Assembly: GCA_022772985.1 (NCBI GenBank)
Contig: JALEZJ010000055.1
Location: forward strand, 1,166-65,165
DNA from: Erysipelotrichaceae bacterium
Lineage (GTDB): Bacteria > Bacillota_I > Bacilli_A > RF39 > UBA660
Length of the DNA: 64,000 nt
Reading direction: 5' to 3'
Position numbers and translations under genes: made by a program. A model generated the notes under the pieces. That model was not told the origin of the DNA. It searched no databases and saw only the letters and a list, made by a program, of their open reading frames with translations. This document shows, one piece after another, positions 56,260 to 64,000 of the stretch (its first letter is position 1; each line of letters begins with the position of its first letter).

Positions 56260-57509
56260 TACTTATCCTCCTTATTTGCTATAAAGTTTCCAAATATTTT
56301 ATTCACGATAACATTATCTTTTTTTAATTTGTCATGTTGTGTTACCAAAGTTGTTTCGTCTTCTACACTAAGCATTGATACCACTTTTCCCCTAGATTCC
56401 ATTTTATTAATAAAATATTTTATCATTCCTATTGCATTTACGTATTTGTTATCACGGCATCCCAATGTCGTAACTGTATATATTATAACATCTTTTCCAA
56501 AGATTTCATAGGCTAAATTTTTAAAAGATTTAATTTCTGTAAGTCCTCCTGTTATCACAATATAACTGATTTCTCGAGAAGACAGTAAGCGAATTTGTTT
56601 TTTGGCTAAATTTAAAATTTCTACCAAGCGACTCATTACAACTTCAGATACTTCTAATTGATTTAGTTTGACGCTCTCTCCAATTGTATTTTTTACTTCA
56701 TAAATTTCATTTAATTGACAAAATCTTTTATGAGAACTAGCAAATTTTTCTTTTAAAACTCTTCCATCAAAAATACTTACTCCGAACACATAGGCAATAT
56801 CTTTTTCAACGTTAATTCCACCAATTTGTAATGTTTCATTATTTACTAACTGTCCATTTTCAAAAATACTAATCGTCGTAGTTTCATGGCCTAAATTAAT
56901 TACTGCTCCATCTTTCTTATCTAATTGCTCATCATGTACTTCAAAATAACTAGATAATCCATTTATCACAATATCTATCACTTCTAAACCTGCACCTTCT
57001 AATACACTTAGTACAGAATAAATATTTTTTTTAGGCGTTGATATCATTATACCTTGTATTTCTAATTTTTGTCCATTTTTACCTATTGGTTTACTAATTC
57101 CCTTTTCTCCATCAATTATATATCGAGTTGGTAACATAGTCACAAGTTCAAAATTTTCCTCTAATCGATTATAAATAGAATCTTTGATTACTCGATTGAC
57201 ATCTGATGAAGTCACAATACCATTTTCTTCAATATCAACACTGCCTGTAACAGTTTGAAAAGAGGCGTTGTAATCAGGAACATTTACAACTACTTTTTTT
57301 ATTTCCACTCCTAACATTTCATTAATCTCAGCCATTCCTTCTCTAATAGCTTCAATTACTAGATTTGGTTCTACAATTAATCCTTTCTTTACTCCTTTAG
57401 AATTGACACAATGAGATGCTAAAACATAAAATTTACGGTTAAAATATTCACCTACTACAAATTTTATAGAATAAGTCCCTATATCTATTCCAGCATAAAT
57501 TTTTCTCAA
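56259..57509 (-). CDS. ftsA: cell division protein FtsA
   Basis: TTG start. [21 protein letters not shown] actin-like N-terminus. Located upstream of ftsZ. Confidence 0.9.
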   Translation of the reverse strand: MRKIYAGIDIGTYSIKFVVGEYFNRKFYVLASHCVNSKGVKKGLIVEPNLVIEAIREGMAEINEMLGVEIKKVVVNVPDYNASFQTVTGSVDIEENGIVTSSDVNRVIKDSIYNRLEENFELVTMLPTRYIIDGEKGISKPIGKNGQKLEIQGIMISTPKKNIYSVLSVLEGAGLEVIDIVINGLSSYFEVHDEQLDKKDGAVINLGHETTTISIFENGQLVNNETLQIGGINVEKDIAYVFGVSIFDGRVLKEKFASSHKRFCQLNEIYEVKNTIGESVKLNQLEVSEVVMSRLVEILNLAKKQIRLLSSREISYIVITGGLTEIKSFKNLAYEIFGKDVIIYTVTTLGCRDNKYVNAIGMIKYFINKMESRGKVVSMLSVEDETTLVTQHDKLKKDNVIVNKIFGNFIANKEDK

Positions 57510-57574
57510 AACAGCATCAACTCTTTTCCAACTATAAAATAACTTTTTATTTTTTCATAATTATATGTAAGCTA

Positions 57575-57593
57575 ATAGGCGTCGAGGGCCTAT
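57575..57593 (-). promoter_or_regulatory. GC-rich hairpin in the predicted ftsA 5' leader
   Basis: ataggc-gtcgagg-gcctat core, extendable to about 57563-57606 with mismatches. It stands out as a GC-rich island in AT-rich spacer. No adjacent U-run, so it is not a classical terminator. Confidence 0.35.
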
Positions 57594-57608
57594 CTCACAT
57601 ACATATTC

Positions 57609-57637
57609 ATTATATATGAAAGCCCGAACCATGTCAA
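57609..57637 (-). promoter_or_regulatory. consensus sigma-A promoter upstream of ftsA
   Basis: Minus strand TTGACA, 17-nt spacer, TATAAT (perfect hexamers), about 100 nt upstream of the ftsA start. Confidence 0.6.
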
Positions 57638-57863
57638 TACAATGAAATTTTTCCTTTCTTTCTTTTCTAAAAAAAGTGCTTTTTTCACCAAATATTCTTT
57701 TTATTTGACCAAATAAGTAACAGATTTTATCAAAGTTAAATTTTTATTATTATTTATTTTCCATTTTTTAATAGTACTTTTTCATTTTTTTCTAGTTATT
57801 ATTATAGTTAAATCATAGCATAAAATTAGTTATAAAACAATGGAAAAGAAGAGAATTTCGAAT

Positions 57864-59138
57864 TTACTTTGTTTTTTTTCTCTTCTTATTCCTTCTTAGC
57901 GAAGCAACAATTATTACAATTACTATAAAAGAAACTATACCCATAAAAACCATTAAATAATTTTTTAACTTTCTAATTTCTTTTTGATATATTTTTACTT
58001 CATCATCAAAATATTTGCTTAGCGTTTCTTCATTTTGGTCATATACATAATATCCTGTATTTCCAGTTTTTACATTGGTTCCATAAATCAGCCCAACTTT
58101 ATGACTATTTTTTATTTTGTAATAGGTGATCTCTTGATCCTGAATTTTTAATGAATACTTTTGATAATTGATTAATTCTTCTATTGGTTCTAATAATTGA
58201 ATCGTAACATTTTGAATTGTAAGAGAATGATATTTTTTATAAGTATTATCTTGTTGATTATAAACATAATATGCTATTTTATTATCTTTATTTTTTAATA
58301 AAACTAATGTTACATTGGTTTTAGAATTTACATAGGCAACTACATCTTGATCATTTATTTTGATAGTTGTTTCTTCATATTCTTCTAATAAATCTATTAA
58401 ATGATTATTTTTTCGCACAACGGTAAATTCTTCTTTTCCTATTTTTATTTTAATAGGGTGTTGATCTTCTACTGTTACCATAATTTTATATATTTTTTCA
58501 TTACCATTTTCTGCTATTACTTTTACTTCAATTGTATTTTCTCCACTAGATAACATGACTTCTCCTGTTCCTGTTATGCTAGCTTTTTCATGGCTTGTTT
58601 TGGCTAATATATTCACTTTTTCGATACTTTCATCTACTGTTAATTGATATTCTGTAATATCTTTATTAAATTCAGGAGTGATTTGATATCCATCAACAGA
58701 CAAACTACTAAGATTATTATCACTACTATATTCTTTCTTATCAGCAGTTGTTTCATTACTAGAAGAAACTTTTTTTTCTACCACATTTAAGGAAACCGAC
58801 TTACTTCCCGTGAAAACTCCATTCGTATCAAAGTCTCCTACTTCTTCTATTGCTGTTGCTGTTACTGTAACTTTTCCAGCACTTTTGGCTGTAAACTCAA
58901 ATGTATAAGTATCATTTTCTAACCAATTTCCATTTGCTCCACCTGATAAGATTGATTGATTGGAAGAAGTAACATTAAATTTTCCAGCTAAATTATCTAC
59001 TTTTACTGAAATCGTTACAGTTTGTCCAACTGTTATATTAGATGCACTTGCCCATATTGATAAGCTACCTGCAAAAACATCATTTTTTGCCACAAAAAAC
59101 ATAAAAAACATTATTATAAAATATCGGATTTTTTTCAT
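57864..59138 (-). CDS. membrane-anchored surface protein with N-terminal Ig-like beta-sandwich and cadherin-like beta-sandwich domain
   Basis: Start at 59138, 6 nt after AGGAGG. Signal peptide MKKIRYFIIMFFMFFVAKNDVFA. Cadherin-like block LSSLSVDGYQITPEFNKDITEYQLTV...GENTIEVKVIAENGNEKIYKIMV. C-terminal TM plus RRNKKRKK stop-transfer. Confidence 0.6.
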   Translation of the reverse strand: MKKIRYFIIMFFMFFVAKNDVFAGSLSIWASASNITVGQTVTISVKVDNLAGKFNVTSSNQSILSGGANGNWLENDTYTFEFTAKSAGKVTVTATAIEEVGDFDTNGVFTGSKSVSLNVVEKKVSSSNETTADKKEYSSDNNLSSLSVDGYQITPEFNKDITEYQLTVDESIEKVNILAKTSHEKASITGTGEVMLSSGENTIEVKVIAENGNEKIYKIMVTVEDQHPIKIKIGKEEFTVVRKNNHLIDLLEEYEETTIKINDQDVVAYVNSKTNVTLVLLKNKDNKIAYYVYNQQDNTYKKYHSLTIQNVTIQLLEPIEELINYQKYSLKIQDQEITYYKIKNSHKVGLIYGTNVKTGNTGYYVYDQNEETLSKYFDDEVKIYQKEIRKLKNYLMVFMGIVSFIVIVIIVASLRRNKKRKKTK

Positions 59139-59151
59139 GATTTCCCTCCTA

Positions 59152-61476
59152 CTACTGTGTAATAGTACCATTGCCCATAATGCTATTTTTTATTTGAACA
59201 TAATCTACTGCTGTTACTTTTCCATCTCTATTAACATCTGCTGCTTTTAAATAACTTTCTGTTAAATTAGATGCCTTCATAATATAATTTTTGATATTAA
59301 CATAATCTACTGCTGTAATTTTTCCATCTCCGGTTACATCACCATAGATAACTGCAGTATAAGTTTTTGTCCCATCAGCACCAGTAACTATGATCTGATC
59401 TCCAGTTTTGAAAATATCATTTGTCTTTGGAGTTCCATTACTATCTTTTATCACAACACCAACTGAATGATTAAAATCACTAATATTACCAATCAAATTA
59501 GAAACATTGGTTCCAAGAGAAATACCAAATATGTGATTATCATTATATTTAAATCCTGAATGATTCATGGCATCTGCTATTGTTGATGATTTTCCTTCTT
59601 CACGAATGAATTTGATTATATAAGTTCTTTGTTTTCCATTTTCAGCGGTCACTACTACTTCATTTGTTTGATTGTCCGAAGTTATCTTTATTTCTCCTAA
59701 TCCACTGATATAAGCTTTCTTATTAATCGAACTGGCACTTAGACGAATTGAAGTGGTATTTTGTGATAAGTAAACATTATAATGATATGTATTATAGCTA
59801 AAATTAGAAACACTTACTCCATCAATTGTTAAGTCTTTTAAATAATTATTAGGATTTCCTACTTTGGGAGCTGTTACTGTATATGTTGGCATATTTTCAT
59901 AAACAGGAATAACAAAGGTAATTTCAGTATTCAAATAATTATTTAATCCATTTACATAGCCATTATATTTTATTCCACCTTCTTGAATAGGGGCAGCTAA
60001 ATTTTGCATATATTGATGAGTATAATGTCCATTTGTAGTAGATACATCAAATTTCTCATAGTAAATTGTATCTTGGTTTAATGAAATATATCCATTATAC
60101 ATAAAACTAGCTCCGCCATAGATTCCTTTATATGGGGTATTCCATCCTTGTTCATAAGCATACCCTGAATAAATAGAACTACAATTAGAACATCTTGATT
60201 TAATATTAAAGAAATTATAGTAATTAGAATAACTTCCACCATTGTAAGTAAATGTTCCACCAATTCTAGAATCACTAGTAGATATGCCAGAAATTTCTTG
60301 TTTTATTCTAGATGCAACATGAACTGCACTAATTCCTATTTTAGAAGAAGCATCTGTTACATCACTATTTACACTTCCTGTAGTATCTAAAATGGCATCA
60401 CTCTTATTATAATAAGAATAAATATTAGGCCAAAAACTTTGACTAGATAAAATAGATGAAACTATACTAGTATTTTGATTTTTACTATATTCTAAAGTTT
60501 CAAATGCAAAAATATATTTTTCGTTTAAATAATTTCTAGGATCCATATAATAAGCAATTGCTTCTTTTGATGCATTATAATAACCTGGTTCACTAGGGTA
60601 ACTAGTAAAGGTATCTGTTAAAACGTTATAAGTATTGGCATCCATTGATAAATATCCTTCATCAAAAGGTGCATCTTTCTGAAGAAGACTAGCTCCATTC
60701 CCACTTTCTCCAACAACTGCATCATCAAAATTCATATTTAATTTTTCTGCTACAAAGATCCAATTTGGATGCCTTGCATGAAGCTCTAATAAATAAGAAT
60801 GATAACTTTCTGGAAAACCATTTTTAGTTAAAATTTGCGTATAAGACGCAATTGTATCTCCATTTGTTTTATTATTATAATAATTTTGAGCTGTAGAACT
60901 TAATTTAGTAGTATTAACATAATAGCCACATACATAACCACTATTTTGACCATCATGAATCTTATACCAGTAAGGACATGTTGTATTTGGTCTATCAACC
61001 GTTTCAAGAATATTTACTTCATCACCACAATTTACTTTGATACCAGTCTTACTACCATTTGTACTACTACGAAGACTAAGTGATCCTGTATCTTCATAGC
61101 ACATAATGGTACCATCTTTACTTGGAGCCTTATCATAATTACTCTTAGAATAACTATCATCTTCTCCCTGATAAATAGAAGTATTTTCTTGCTTTAAAAC
61201 TATATAATCCCCGCAAGAATATCCAGTATAACTACCATAACTTACTTTATACCAATTTCCAGAGCAACCATTGCCATTTCCAGCATTTGTATTTAAAATA
61301 GTAAGTTCCGTTGCATTATAAAATTTGGTAATAATACCACCAGTAGTAGTAGGTCCATCTCTTAGTGTTAAGGAATCATTCACATTCACAATACCAGTTA
61401 AGGCTTGTACTTCTTTATGAAATCCAAGAAATGCAAAAATGAATAAAAATAAATATTTGAAATACTTTTTCCTCAT
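59152..61476 (-). CDS. secreted peptidoglycan hydrolase: 2x SH3b + GH73-like N-acetylglucosaminidase + cadherin-like domain + C-terminal dockerin
   Basis: 774 aa with a signal peptide. SH3b-like segments (WYKVSYGSYTGYSCGDYI; WYKIHDGQNSGYVCGYYV). GH73-type blocks YNFFNIKS, QDTIYYEKFDV, HQYMQNLAAP. Dockerin duplicated Ca-loops GDVTGDGKITAVDYVNIKNYIM / ADVNRDGKVTAVDYVQIKNSIM. Confidence 0.75.
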   Translation of the reverse strand: MRKKYFKYLFLFIFAFLGFHKEVQALTGIVNVNDSLTLRDGPTTTGGIITKFYNATELTILNTNAGNGNGCSGNWYKVSYGSYTGYSCGDYIVLKQENTSIYQGEDDSYSKSNYDKAPSKDGTIMCYEDTGSLSLRSSTNGSKTGIKVNCGDEVNILETVDRPNTTCPYWYKIHDGQNSGYVCGYYVNTTKLSSTAQNYYNNKTNGDTIASYTQILTKNGFPESYHSYLLELHARHPNWIFVAEKLNMNFDDAVVGESGNGASLLQKDAPFDEGYLSMDANTYNVLTDTFTSYPSEPGYYNASKEAIAYYMDPRNYLNEKYIFAFETLEYSKNQNTSIVSSILSSQSFWPNIYSYYNKSDAILDTTGSVNSDVTDASSKIGISAVHVASRIKQEISGISTSDSRIGGTFTYNGGSYSNYYNFFNIKSRCSNCSSIYSGYAYEQGWNTPYKGIYGGASFMYNGYISLNQDTIYYEKFDVSTTNGHYTHQYMQNLAAPIQEGGIKYNGYVNGLNNYLNTEITFVIPVYENMPTYTVTAPKVGNPNNYLKDLTIDGVSVSNFSYNTYHYNVYLSQNTTSIRLSASSINKKAYISGLGEIKITSDNQTNEVVVTAENGKQRTYIIKFIREEGKSSTIADAMNHSGFKYNDNHIFGISLGTNVSNLIGNISDFNHSVGVVIKDSNGTPKTNDIFKTGDQIIVTGADGTKTYTAVIYGDVTGDGKITAVDYVNIKNYIMKASNLTESYLKAADVNRDGKVTAVDYVQIKNSIMGNGTITQ

Positions 61477-61592
61477 ACTACCGACTCTCCTTCTATTCTT
61501 ACCCTCATTATAACAAACTTCGACTATTTTTGCTACTATTTTTTAACATTTTACACGCAAAAAAGGAACTAGTTGAAACTTGCACTAATTCC

Positions 61593-62234
61593 TTAAATTA
61601 CATAAAAATAAATCATAAAGAAATGAAATAAACTTCCGGCTAAAACAAAAAAATGGAAAACAGAATGCATATATCTTTTTTTAGCACCAATTCCATAAAG
61701 AATTGCCCCAATCGAATACATTACTCCACCTAAGATTAAATAAACAACACCTCGAATCGCACAAGAATTTATCAATGGGTGAATCACAAACAAGATTGCC
61801 CACCCCAAAATTAAATTACAAGCAACAGAAACTCCTTGATATCGATCTACATCCATTGCATTAAAAATAATTGCAATCAAGGTAATTCCCCAAACGATTC
61901 CAAACATTATCCAACTAAGTGGAGAAGAAAACAAACATAAGCAAATTGGGGTATACGTCCCAGCCTCTAATAATAAAACATTACAATGATCGAGTACTCT
62001 TAATACTTTCTTTCCCACTAATCTAGGACTTAAAGCATGATAAATACAAGAGATTGTATATAAAAGAATCAAACTAATCGCATAAACTAAAGAAGTAAGT
62101 AAACCCATCAACGTATTAGAACGAATAATTAACAAAACTAATGCTGCAATACTAAGAGCAGCTCCAATTCCATGACTAATAGAATTAATTAATTCTTCTC
62201 CTAAGGTATAATTAGGTATTTTAATATGTTTCAT
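61593..62234 (-). CDS. hemolysin III / PAQR-family membrane protein
   Basis: 7-TM protein with SHGIGA and HxxxH-type motifs (HSVFHFFVLAGS). The ATG at 62234 lies 5 nt after AGGTGA. Confidence 0.8.
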   Translation of the reverse strand: MKHIKIPNYTLGEELINSISHGIGAALSIAALVLLIIRSNTLMGLLTSLVYAISLILLYTISCIYHALSPRLVGKKVLRVLDHCNVLLLEAGTYTPICLCLFSSPLSWIMFGIVWGITLIAIIFNAMDVDRYQGVSVACNLILGWAILFVIHPLINSCAIRGVVYLILGGVMYSIGAILYGIGAKKRYMHSVFHFFVLAGSLFHFFMIYFYVI

Positions 62235-62331
62235 TCCCATCACCTATATCTATTTTATTAACTATCTATTTTTTTGTAAACCAACAAAATCCTAAAAGTG
62301 TTCAAAAAAAATATAACATTTTATCTAAAAT

Positions 62332-64000
62332 TTATTGATACTTTAGTTGTTTTTTTATTCTAGAAATCACTTGTTCTACTTCTAAGGCATCTTCTTCGAA
62401 AAACTCAATTCTAAAATGTTGAATCCCCATTTTTTGATAATCTTGTATCTTGGAAATCCGATTCATATTTTCAAAATGCATAATATGCGTAAGACAATTT
62501 TTTCTAATCATAGGATATCTTCTCCCAGCCTGATCTTCTAAATAAAATTTTTCTTGACTATTCAGACACTTATCACAATACTTTAAGCATTTCTTTAAGG
62601 GACAATATTTCATAACCATAAGTTCTAATCTTCCATAAATAATAAGTTCTACTGGATAAGACTTCTTCATAATATCCCGAATTTGACAATCATTTAATTC
62701 TACAGATAAATTTACTTTTCTTACCCCAAGTTCACTCAAGAACTCTATACTATGATGATTTGTAACATTTAAATAATAATCTCCAATAACCATATTATTT
62801 TTAGCATAACGATGGACACTACCTAATTCCCCTACCACAAGCTTTTCCTGAGAATAATCAAGATAACTAGAATTTACTCTATCCATACGATAATAAATAT
62901 TACCCAAATTTTTATACTTTAAATACAAAGTATAATCTGTGACATAAACATCATGGACATCATTTGCTAAACAGCATTTTAATTGTTCTTCTGTACGAAC
63001 TAAAACATTTAAATAAATATGTTGATCGGATTCCAGATTCCCAGAATAATCTAAAACTACATCTTTCACAAACTTTTTCTTTTGATTCTGTCTAATTTGT
63101 ATTAGCTTTCCAATCCCCCTTCTCCTTAACTCATTGATATCTTTTAAATTAATAAAAATATGTTGTTCTTTCTGAATATCTATTTTTTTTAAAACAAAAG
63201 GAGTATTTCCTAACTTTTCAAATTGCCTTTGTATCTCCGATGTATCAACTTCTCTCTTAATAGCAGACTCAACTTGACCAAATTGTTCAAAAACAGTATG
63301 AATACCATCTGTAATCTTTAATTGCATTTCTCTTCCTAAAAAACATTTTACTTCCATCCAAACAGGAATTTTTTTCAAAGAATATCTTTCTAATTCCCGA
63401 ATCAAATTACTGTCTACTGTCTTAATTAAAATATCTCCCTTTTCTACTCCAAATTTATTATCTAAAAAGCAAATCTTTCCCTTATCTACTTGCTGAATCA
63501 ACAATTTATTTTGATCATATAAACGATTTACAATCATCCCTTGATCTTTATTCTTAAATCGAATTCCATCATTTTGACAAAGAGAATCAAAATTCAACTT
63601 AATCTTCATTTTTTTTGAATCAACTTCTAATACTTTGCCAATTTCTATTCCCAAATGGTTAGGAGAATGAATATTCATAATATCTGGATCAGAAAACAAA
63701 TATCCACAAGTAAACTCTCGATGAAATAATTTCTTTAAATTTTGTAATTCTAGAGTAGTAAGTTTAGTCTCCTCTTGGTGATAATAGCAATCAATCAACT
63801 TCCGATAAAGACGAGTAACATAACCAACATAAGCAGGAGATTTCATTCTTCCCTCAATCTTAAAACTAGTTACACCAGATCGAATTAAACTTCCTACCTT
63901 ATTCATTGTATTCAATTCTTTCGTACTAAGTAAATACTCACCATCTATATCCATTTTTTGATTTCCTCGAATTAATCGATAAGGCAGTCTACAACTACCA
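62332..64000 (-). CDS. U32-family peptidase (collagenase-like), N-terminus beyond window end
   Basis: FKIEGRMKSPAYV block and the long C-terminal extension typical of U32 proteins. The frame stays open upstream of the track ATG to position 64000 (..GSCRLPYRLIRGNQK-MDIDGEYLLS). Confidence 0.8.
   Translation of the reverse strand, partial: GSCRLPYRLIRGNQKMDIDGEYLLSTKELNTMNKVGSLIRSGVTSFKIEGRMKSPAYVGYVTRLYRKLIDCYYHQEETKLTTLELQNLKKLFHREFTCGYLFSDPDIMNIHSPNHLGIEIGKVLEVDSKKMKIKLNFDSLCQNDGIRFKNKDQGMIVNRLYDQNKLLIQQVDKGKICFLDNKFGVEKGDILIKTVDSNLIRELERYSLKKIPVWMEVKCFLGREMQLKITDGIHTVFEQFGQVESAIKREVDTSEIQRQFEKLGNTPFVLKKIDIQKEQHIFINLKDINELRRRGIGKLIQIRQNQKKKFVKDVVLDYSGNLESDQHIYLNVLVRTEEQLKCCLANDVHDVYVTDYTLYLKYKNLGNIYYRMDRVNSSYLDYSQEKLVVGELGSVHRYAKNNMVIGDYYLNVTNHHSIEFLSELGVRKVNLSVELNDCQIRDIMKKSYPVELIIYGRLELMVMKYCPLKKCLKYCDKCLNSQEKFYLEDQAGRRYPMIRKNCLTHIMHFENMNRISKIQDYQKMGIQHFRIEFFEEDALEVEQVISRIKKQLKYQ

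Noticed and set aside
58776-59069. Calling the N-terminal beta-rich module of the 435-aa membrane protein a cohesin
   Set aside because: At about 100 aa it is clearly shorter than canonical cohesin modules, and I see only stylistic similarity. I kept it as a hypothesis in the findings and did not annotate it as a feature.
1-64000. Possibility of a Mollicutes-type code (TGA=Trp) or other stop reassignment, given the AT-richness and the in-frame TAA in pflB
   Set aside because: Trp is encoded by TGG throughout (for example in pflB, lepA and ftsZ). TGA ends tadA and paralogue 3. TAG ends the GH73-like gene. TAA ends many genes, including rimI and pflB itself. Long ORFs are intact under code 11.
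1-64000. Search by eye for tRNA/rRNA genes, CRISPR arrays, riboswitch or T-box leaders, DnaA-box clusters and parS
   Set aside because: I saw no regularly spaced direct repeats, no cloverleaf-like GC-rich segments in the intergenic regions, and no clustered TTATCCACA or TGTTNCACGTGAAACA matches. The only CACGTG lies inside the IS right end. Absence judged by eye is not proof; tRNAscan or Infernal would be decisive.

Overview
Very AT-rich chromosomal segment of a low-GC Gram-positive bacterium (Bacillota). Gene content suggests an anaerobic Erysipelotrichia/Clostridia-like organism, but that is inference only. The standard bacterial code applies: Trp is TGG, and TAA, TAG and TGA all terminate recognisable genes. 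There are about 60 protein genes, nearly all on the minus strand. I found no tRNA, rRNA or CRISPR array by eye. Housekeeping backbone: tsaD(partial)-rimI-tsaB-tsaE, tmk, pflB-pflA, murC, trmD-rimM, miaB plus a YmcA/RicA-like gene, lepA, rpoZ, ftsA-ftsZ, and a partial U32 peptidase. Unusual content: (i) 2.5-7.4 kb, two tandem TasA/camelysin-like secreted proteins with SipW-type signal peptides, next to two tandem GT-C-like membrane glycosyltransferases; (ii) 8.2-9.9 kb, an intact IS30-family element with 24-bp terminal inverted repeats and a 13-bp target duplication; (iii) 10.8-16.5 kb, a Tad/Flp-type pilus assembly operon with no Flp pilin or prepilin peptidase gene visible; (iv) pflB carrying one in-frame TAA; (v) a hybrid histidine kinase plus a free-standing Hpt protein; (vi) 30.3-35.9 kb, a four-gene cassette (an 826-aa protein plus three tandem paralogues) that matches no family I can recognise; (vii) a 955-aa wall-binding surface protein whose N-terminus resembles the TasA-like pair; (viii) a dockerin-bearing GH73-like peptidoglycan hydrolase followed by a membrane-anchored beta-sandwich protein gene; (ix) an orphan type IV pilin-like gene translationally coupled to rpoZ. 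My best candidates for an undescribed system are (vi) and (i). All family assignments come from motif recognition by eye; no database search was run.
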